NCBI GenBank assembly: GCA_964016885.1
Contig: OZ024741.1
Span: 412,114,001 to 412,178,000, forward strand
Direction: 5' to 3'
Source: Eledone cirrhosa
Taxonomy: Eukaryota
DNA: 64,000 nt
Positions within the stretch are counted from its first letter, which is position 1, and every line of letters starts with the position of its first letter. Shown here one piece after another: positions 55,400 to 64,000 of the stretch. Position numbers and translations under genes: made by a program. The notes under the pieces are model-generated. The model worked only from the letters and a program-made list of their open reading frames with translations. It was not told the DNA's origin and did no database searches.

Positions 55400-58300
55400 G
55401 TTTAACCTTTTCTTTACCATATTTCTAATGAAAGACACTGTCTATGTTGTTTAACCCTTTAAATACCATATTTCTAATGTAAAACACTCTCTATGTTGTT
55501 TAACCCTTTCATTAACATTTTTCCAATGAAAGAAACTGTCTAAGTTGTTTAACCCTTTCATTACCATATTTGTAATGTAAGACACTGTCTATGTTGTTTA
55601 ATCCTTTCATTATCATATTTCTAATGAAAGACACTGTCTATGTTGTTTAACCCTTTCAATACCATATTTCTAATGTAAGAAACTATCTATGTTGTTTAAC
55701 CCTTTCATTACCATATTTCTAATGAAAGACACTCTCTATGTTGTTTAACCCTTTCATTACCATATTTCTAATGAAAGACACTGTCTATGTTGTTTAACAT
55801 TTTCATTACCATATTTCTAATGTAAGACACTGTCTATGTTGTTTAAACTTTTCATTACCATATTTCTAATGTAAGACATTGTCTATGTTGTTTAACCCTT
55901 TCATTACCATATTTGTAATGAAAGACACTGTCTATGTTGTTTAACCCTTTCATTACCATATTTCTAATGTAAGACACTGTCTATGTTGTTTAAACTTTTC
56001 ATTACCATATTTCTAATGTAAGACACTGTCTATGTTGTTTAACCCTTTAATTACCATGTTTCTAATGTAAGACACTATCTATGTTGTTTAACCCTTTCAT
56101 TACCATGTTTCTAATGTAAGACACTGTCTATGTTGTTTAACCCTTTCATTACCATATTTCTAATGAAAGACACTGTCTATGTTGTTTAACCCTTTCATTT
56201 CCATATTTCTAATGTAAGACACTGTCTATGTTGTATAACCCTTTCATTACCGTATTTCTAATGTACGACACTGTCTATGTTGTTTAACCCTTTCATTACC
56301 ATATTTCTAATGTAAGACACTGTCTATATGGTTTAACCCTTTCATTACCATATTTCTAATGAAAGACACTGTCTATGTTGTTTAACCCTTTCATTTCCAT
56401 ATTTCTAATGTAAGACACTATCTATGTTGTATAACCCTTTCATTACCGTATTTCTAATGTACGACACTGTCTATGTTGTTTAACCCTTTCATTACCATAT
56501 TTCTAATGTAAGACACTGTCTATGTTGTTTAACCCTTTCATTACCATATTTCTAATGAAAGACACTGTCTATGTTGTTTAACCCTTTCATTTCCATATTT
56601 CTAATGTAAGACACTGTCTATGTTGTATGACCCTTTCATTACCGTATTTCTAATGTACGACACTGTCTATGTTGTTTAACCCTTTCATTACCTTCTAATG
56701 TAAGACACTGTCTATGTTGTTTAACCCTTTCATTACCATATTTCTAATGAAAGACACTGTCTATGTTCTTTAACCCTTTCATTTCCATATTTCTAATGTA
56801 AGACACTGTCTATGTTGTATAACCCTTTCATTACCGTATTTCTAATGTACGACACTGTCTATGTTGTTTAACCCTTTCATTACCATATTTCTAATGTAAA
56901 ACACTCTCTATGTTGTTTAACCCTTTCATTAACATTTTTCCAATGAAAGAAACTGTCTAAGTTGTTTAACCCTTTCATTACCATATTTGTAATGTAAGAC
57001 ACTGTCTATGTTGTTTAATCCTTTCATTATCATATTTCTAATGAAAGACACTGTCTATGTTGTTTAACCCTTTCAATACCATATTTCTAATGTAAGAAAC
57101 TATCTATGTTGTTTAACCCTTTCATTACCATATTTCTAATGAAAGACACTCTCTATGTTGTTTAACCCTTTCATTACCATATTTCTAATGAAAGACACTG
57201 TCTATGTTGTTTAACATTTTCATTACCATATTTCTAATGTAAGACACTGTCTATGTTGTTTAACCTTTTCATTACCATATTTCTAATGTAAGACATTGTC
57301 TATGTTGTTTAACCCTTTCATTACCATATTTGTAATGAAAGACACTGTCTATGTTGTTTAACCCTTTCATTACCATATTTCTAATGTAAGACACTGTCTA
57401 TGTTGTTTAAACTTTTCATTACCATATTTCTAATGTAAGACACTGTCTATGTTGTTTAACCCTTTAATTACCATGTTTCTAATGTAAGACACTATCTATG
57501 TTGTTTAACCCTTTCATTACCATGTTTCTAATGTAAGACACTGTCTATGTTGTTTAACCTTTTCTTTACCATATTTCTAATGAAAGACACTGTCTATGTT
57601 GTTTAACCCTTTAAATACCATATTTCTAATGTAAAACACTCTCTATGTTGTTTAACCCTTTCATTAACATTTTTCCAATGAAAGAAACTGTCTAAGTTGT
57701 TTAACCCTTTCATTACCATATTTGTAATGTAAGACACTGTCTATGTTGTTTAATCCTTTCATTATCATATTTCTAATGAAAGACACTGTCTATGTTGTTT
57801 AACCCTTTCAATACCATATTTCTAATGTAAGAAACTATCTATGTTGTTTAACCCTTTCATTACCATATTTCTAATGAAAGACACTCTCTATGTTGTTTAA
57901 CCCTTTCATTACCATATTTCTAATGAAAGACACTGTCTATGTTGTTTAACATTTTCATTACCATATTTCTAATGTAAGACACTGTCTATGTTGTTTAACC
58001 TTTTCATTACCATATTTCTAATGTAAGACATTGTCTATGTTGTTTAACCCTTTCATTACCATATTTCTAATGAAAGACACTGTCTATGTTGTTTAACCCT
58101 TTCATTACCATATTTCTAATGTAAGACACTGTCTATGTTGTTTAAACTTTTCATTACCATATTTCTAATGTAAGACACTGTCTATGTTGTTTAACCCTTT
58201 AATTACCATGTTTCTAATGTAAGACACTATCTATGTTGTTTAACCCTTTCATTACCATGTTTCTAATGTAAGACACTGTCTATGTTGTTTAACCCTTTCA

Positions 58301-61300
58301 TTTCCATATTTCTAATGTAAGACACTGTCTATGTTGTATAACCCTTTCATTACCGTATTTCTAATGTACGACACTGTCTATGTTGTTTAACCCTTTCATT
58401 ACCATATTTCTAATGTAAGACACTGTCTATATGGTTTAACCCTTTCATTACCATATTTCTAATGAAAGACACTGTCTATGTTGTTTAACCCTTTCATTTC
58501 CATATTTCTAATGTAAGACACTATCTATGTTGTATAACCCTTTCATTACCGTATTTCTAATGTACGACACTGTCTATGTTGTTTAACCCTTTCATTACCA
58601 TATTTCTAATGTAAGACACTGTCTATGTTGTTTAACCCTTTCATTACCATATTTCTAATGAAAGACACTGTCTATGTTGTTTAACCCTTTCATTTCCATA
58701 TTTCTAATGTAAGACACTGTCTATGTTGTATGACCCTTTCATTACCGTATTTCTAATGTACGACACTGTCTATGTTGTTTAACCCTTTCATTACCTTCTA
58801 ATGTAAGACACTGTCTATGTTGTTTAACCCTTTCATTACCATATTTCTAATGAAAGACACTGTCTATGTTCTTTAACCCTTTCATTTCCATATTTCTAAT
58901 GTAAGACACTGTCTATGTTGTATAACCCTTTCATTACCGTATTTCTAATGTACGACACTGTCTATGTTGTTTAACCCTTTCATTACCATATTTCTAATGT
59001 AAGACACTGTCTATGTTGTTTAACCCTTTCATTACCATATTTCTAATGAAAGACACTGTCTATGTTGTTTAACCTTTTCTTTACCATATTTCTAATGAAA
59101 GACACTGTCTATGTTGTTTAACCCTTTAAATACCATATTTCTAATGTAAAACACTCTCTATGTTGTTTAACCCTTTCATTAACATTTTTCCAATGAAAGA
59201 AACTGTCTATGTTGTTTAACCCTTTCAATACCATATTTCTAATGTAAGAAACTATCTATGTTGTTTAACCCTTTCATTACCATATTTGTAATGTAAGACA
59301 CTGTCTATGTTGTTTAACCCTTTCATTACCATATTTCTAATGAAAGACACTGTCTATGTTCTTTAACCCTTTCATTTCCATATTTCTAATGTAAGACACT
59401 GTCTATGTTGTATAACCCTTTCATTACCGTATTTCTAATGTACGACACTGTCTATGTTGTTTAACCCTTTCATTACCATATTTCTAATGTAAGACACTGT
59501 CTATGTTGTTTAACCCTTTCATTACCATATTTCTAATGAAAGACACTGTCTATGTTGTTTAACCTTTTCTTTACCATATTTCTAATGAAAGACACTGTCT
59601 ATGTTGTTTAACCCTTTAAATACCATATTTCTAATGTAAAACACTCTCTATGTTGTTTAACCCTTTCATTAACATTTTTCCAATGAAAGAAACTGTCTAT
59701 GTTGTTTAACCCTTTCAATACCATATTTCTAATGAAAGACACTGTCTATGTTGTTTAACCCTTTCATTACCATATTTGTAATGTAAGACACTGTCTATGT
59801 TGTTTAATCCTTTCATTATCATATTTCTAATGAAAGACACTGTCTATGTTGTTTAACCCTTTCAATACCATATTTCTAATGTAAGAAACTATCTATGTTG
59901 TTTAACCCTTTCATTACCATATTTCTAATGAAAGACACTCTCTATGTTGTTTAACCCTTTCATTACCATATTTCTAATGAAAGACACTGTCTATGTTGTT
60001 TAACATTTTCATTACCATATTTCTAATGTAAGACACTGTCTATGTTGTTTAACCTTTTCATTACCATATTTCTAATGTAAGACATTGTCTATGTTGTTTA
60101 ACCCTTTCATTACCATATTTGTAATGAAAGACACTGTCTATGTTGTTTAACCCTTTCATTACCATATTTCTAATGTAAGACACTGTCTATGTTGTTTAAA
60201 CTTTTCATTACCATATTTCTAATGTAAGACACTGTCTATGTTGTTTAACCCTTTAATTACCATGTTTCTAATGTAAGACACTATCTATGTTGTTTAACCC
60301 TTTCATTACCATGTTTCTAATGTAAGACACTGTCTATGTTGTTTAACCCTTTCATTACCATATTTCTAATGAAAGACACTGTCTATGTTGTTTAACCCTT
60401 TCATTTCCATATTTCTAATGTAAGACACTGTCTATGTTGTATAACCCTTTCATTACCGTATTTCTAATGTACGACACTGTCTATGTTGTTTAACCCTTTC
60501 ATTACCATATTTCTAATGTAAGACACTGTCTATATGGTTTAACCCTTTCATTACCATATTTCTAATGAAAGACACTGTCTATGTTGTTTAACCCTTTCAT
60601 TTCCATATTTCTAATGTAAGACACTGTCTATGTTGTATAACCCTTTCATTACCGTATTTCTAATGTACGACACTGTCTATGTTGTTTAACCCTTTCATTA
60701 CCATATTTCTAATGAAAGACACTGTCTATGTTGTTTAACCCTTTCATTTCCATATTTCTAATGTAAGACACTGTCTATGTTGTATGACCCTTTCATTACC
60801 GTATTTCTAATGTACGACACTGTCTATGTTGTTTAACCCTTTCATTACCTTCTAATGTAAGACACTGTCTATGTTGTTTAACCCTTTCATTACCATATTT
60901 CTAATGAAAGACACTGTCTATGTTCTTTAACCCTTTCATTTCCATATTTCTAATGTAAGACACTGTCTATGTTGTATAACCCTTTCATTACCGTATTTCT
61001 AATGTACGACACTGTCTATGTTGTTTAACCCTTTCATTACCATATTTCTAATGTAAGACACTGTCTATGTTGTTTAACCCTTTCATTACCATATTTCTAA
61101 TGAAAGACACTGTCTATGTTGTTTAACCTTTTCTTTACCATATTTCTAATGAAAGACACTGTCTATGTTGTTTAACCCTTTAAATACCATATTTCTAATG
61201 TAAAACACTCTCTATGTTGTTTAACCCTTTCATTAACATTTTTCCAATGAAAGAAACTGTCTATGTTGTTTAACCCTTTCAATACCATATTTCTAATGTA

Positions 61301-63150
61301 AGAAACTATCTATGTTGTTTAACCCTTTCATTACCATATTTGTAATGTAAGACACTGTCTATGTTGTTTAACCCTTTCATTACCATATTTCTAATGAAAG
61401 ACACTGTCTATGTTCTTTAACCCTTTCATTTCCATATTTCTAATGTAAGACACTGTCTATGTTGTATAACCCTTTCATTACCGTATTTCTAATGTACGAC
61501 ACTGTCTATGTTGTTTAACCCTTTCATTACCATATTTCTAATGTAAGACACTGTCTATGTTGTTTAACCCTTTCATTACCATATTTCTAATGAAAGACAC
61601 TGTCTATGTTGTTTAACCTTTTCTTTACCATATTTCTAATGAAAGACACTGTCTATGTTGTTTAACCCTTTAAATACCATATTTCTAATGTAAAACACTC
61701 TCTATGTTGTTTAACCCTTTCATTAACATTTTTCCAATGAAAGAAACTGTCTATGTTGTTTAACCCTTTCAATACCATATTTCTAATGAAAGACACTGTC
61801 TATGTTGTTTAACCCTTTCATTACCATATTTGTAATGTAAGACACTGTCTATGTTGTTTAATCCTTTCATTATCATATTTCTAATGAAAGACACTGTCTA
61901 TGTTGTTTAACCCTTTCAATACCATATTTCTAATGTAAGAAACTATCTATGTTGTTTAACCCTTTCATTACCATATTTCTAATGAAAGACACTCTCTATG
62001 TTGTTTAACCCTTTCATTACCATATTTCTAATGAAAGACACTGTCTATGTTGTTTAACATTTTCATTACCATATTTCTAATGTAAGACACTGTCTATGTT
62101 GTTTAACCTTTTCATTACCATATTTCTAATGTAAGACATTGTCTATGTTGTTTAACCCTTTCATTACCATATTTGTAATGAAAGACACTGTCTATGTTGT
62201 TTAACCCTTTCATTACCATATTTCTAATGTAAGACACTGTCTATGTTGTTTAAACTTTTCATTACCATATTTCTAATGTAAGACACTGTCTATGTTGTTT
62301 AACCCTTTAATTACCATGTTTCTAATGTAAGACACTATCTATGTTGTTTAACCCTTTCATTACCATGTTTCTAATGTAAGACACTGTCTATGTTGTTTAA
62401 CCCTTTCATTACCATATTTCTAATGAAAGACACTGTCTATGTTGTTTAACCCTTTCATTTCCATATTTCTAATGTAAGACACTGTCTATGTTGTATAACC
62501 CTTTCATTACCGTATTTCTAATGTACGACACTGTCTATGTTGTTTAACCCTTTCATTACCATATTTCTAATGTAAGACACTGTCTATATGGTTTAACCCT
62601 TTCATTACCATATTTCTAATGAAAGACACTGTCTATGTTGTTTAACCCTTTCATTTCCATATTTCTAATGTAAGACACTGTCTATGTTGTATAACCCTTT
62701 CATTACCGTATTTCTAATGTACGACACTGTCTATGTTGTTTAACCCTTTCATTACCATATTTCTAATGTAAGACACTGTCTATGTTGTTTAACCCTTTCA
62801 TTACCATATTTCTAATGAAAGACACTGTCTATGTTGTTTAACCCTTTCATTTCCATATTTCTAATGTAAGACACTGTCTATGTTGTATAACCCTTTCATT
62901 ACCGTATTTCTAATGTACGACACTGTCTATGTTGTTTAACCCTTTCATTACCTTCTAATGTAAGACACTGTCTATGTTGTTTAACCCTTTCATTACCATA
63001 TTTCTAATGAAAGACACTGTCTATGTTGTTTAACCCTTTCATTTCCATATTTCTAATGTAAGACACTGTCTATGTTGTATAACCCTTTCATTACCGTATT
63101 TCTAATGTACGACACTGTCTATGTTGTTTAACCCTTGCATTACCATATTT
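55400..63150. repeat. ~2.1-kb higher-order units containing a 196-bp (4-mer) sub-repeat
   Basis: A monomer with a 4-bp deletion (TTACCTTCTA) at 56691/58794/60848/62951 (spacing 2103, 2054, 2103). TACGAC variant at 56264/56460/56656/56848 and 62524/62720/62916/63108. Confidence 0.8.
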
Positions 63151-64000
63151 CTAATGTAAGACACTGTCTATGTTGTTTAACCCTTTCATTACCATATTTC
63201 TAATGAAAGACACTGTCTATGTCTTTAACCCTTTCATTGCCATATTTCTAATGAAAGACACTGTCTATGTTGTTTAACCCTTTCATTACCATATTTGTAA
63301 TGTAAGACTCTGTCTATGTTGTATAACCCTTTCATTACTATATTTCTAATGTAAGACACTGTCTATGTTGTTTAACCCTTTCATTACCATATTTCTAATG
63401 AAAGACACTATCTATGTTGTTTAACCCTTTCATTACAATATTTCTAATGAAAGACACTGTCTATGTTGTTTAACCCTTTCATTACTATATTTCTAATGTA
63501 AGACACTGTCTATGTTTTATAACCCTTTCATTACCATATTTCTAATGAAAGACAGTCTATGTTGTTTAACCCTTTCATTGCCATATTTCTAATGTAAGAC
63601 ACTGTCTATGTTGTTTAACCCTTTCATTACCATATTTCTAATGAAAGACACTATGTATGTTGTTTAACCTTTTCTTTACCATATTGCTAATGAAAGACAC
63701 TGTCTATGTTGTTTAACCCTTTCATTAACATTTTTCCAATGAAAGAAACTGTCTAAGTTGTTTAACCCTTTCATTACCATATTTGTAATGTAAGACACTG
63801 TCTATGTTGTTTAACACTTTAATTACCATATTTCTAATGTAATACATCGTCTATGTTGTTTAACCCTTTCATTACCATATTTGTAATGTAAGACACTCTC
63901 TATGTTGTTTAACCCTTTCATTACAATATTTCTAATGTAAGACACTGTCTATGTTGTTTAATCCTTTCATTATCATATTTCTAATGAAAGACACTGTATA

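Larger units (their letters stand above)
14116..64000. repeat. Uninterrupted 49-bp satellite array, ~50 kb (runs off the window end)
   Basis: Same consensus and orientation throughout; I saw no non-satellite sequence, and the track lists no ORFs here. Confidence 0.98.

Noticed and set aside
1-64000. CRISPR-like array of short repeats
   Set aside because: Monomers are contiguous with no unique spacers, there are no cas genes, and the only coding sequence is a eukaryotic LINE.
1-64000. TAACCCT in each monomer as a telomeric (TTAGGG) repeat
   Set aside because: Only one unit per 49 bp, never tandem, so it does not support a telomeric array.

Overview
Eukaryotic (metazoan) heterochromatin-type window with no host genes. 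About 93% of it is one head-to-tail, single-orientation tandem satellite. The monomer is 49 bp and ~31% GC (consensus AAGACACTGTCTATGTTGTTTAACCCTTTCATTACCATATTTCTAATG[T/A]), with roughly 1,200 copies. The array is interrupted by three near-identical copies (7041-8530, 10395-11885, 12626-14115) of a 1.49-kb, 5'-truncated RTE-type non-LTR retrotransposon. Each copy has an uninterrupted C-terminal ORF2 fragment (RT with YADD), a highly structured 3' UTR, a (TGA)7 tail and a short ATTTCT target duplication. The copies share both junctions, so they come from one insertion amplified with the satellite. Points of most interest: (i) a complete C4HC3 PHD finger inside the RT region of a LINE sitting in satellite DNA; (ii) a 3' UTR of alternating GNRA hairpins and H-type pseudoknots; (iii) a monomer that reads like a piggyBac/MITE end (TTAA+CCCTTT); (iv) nested multi-kb duplications and a 196-bp 4-mer higher-order repeat. 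The 3' UTR resembles octopus/cephalopod retroposon ends as I recall them, which is unverified.
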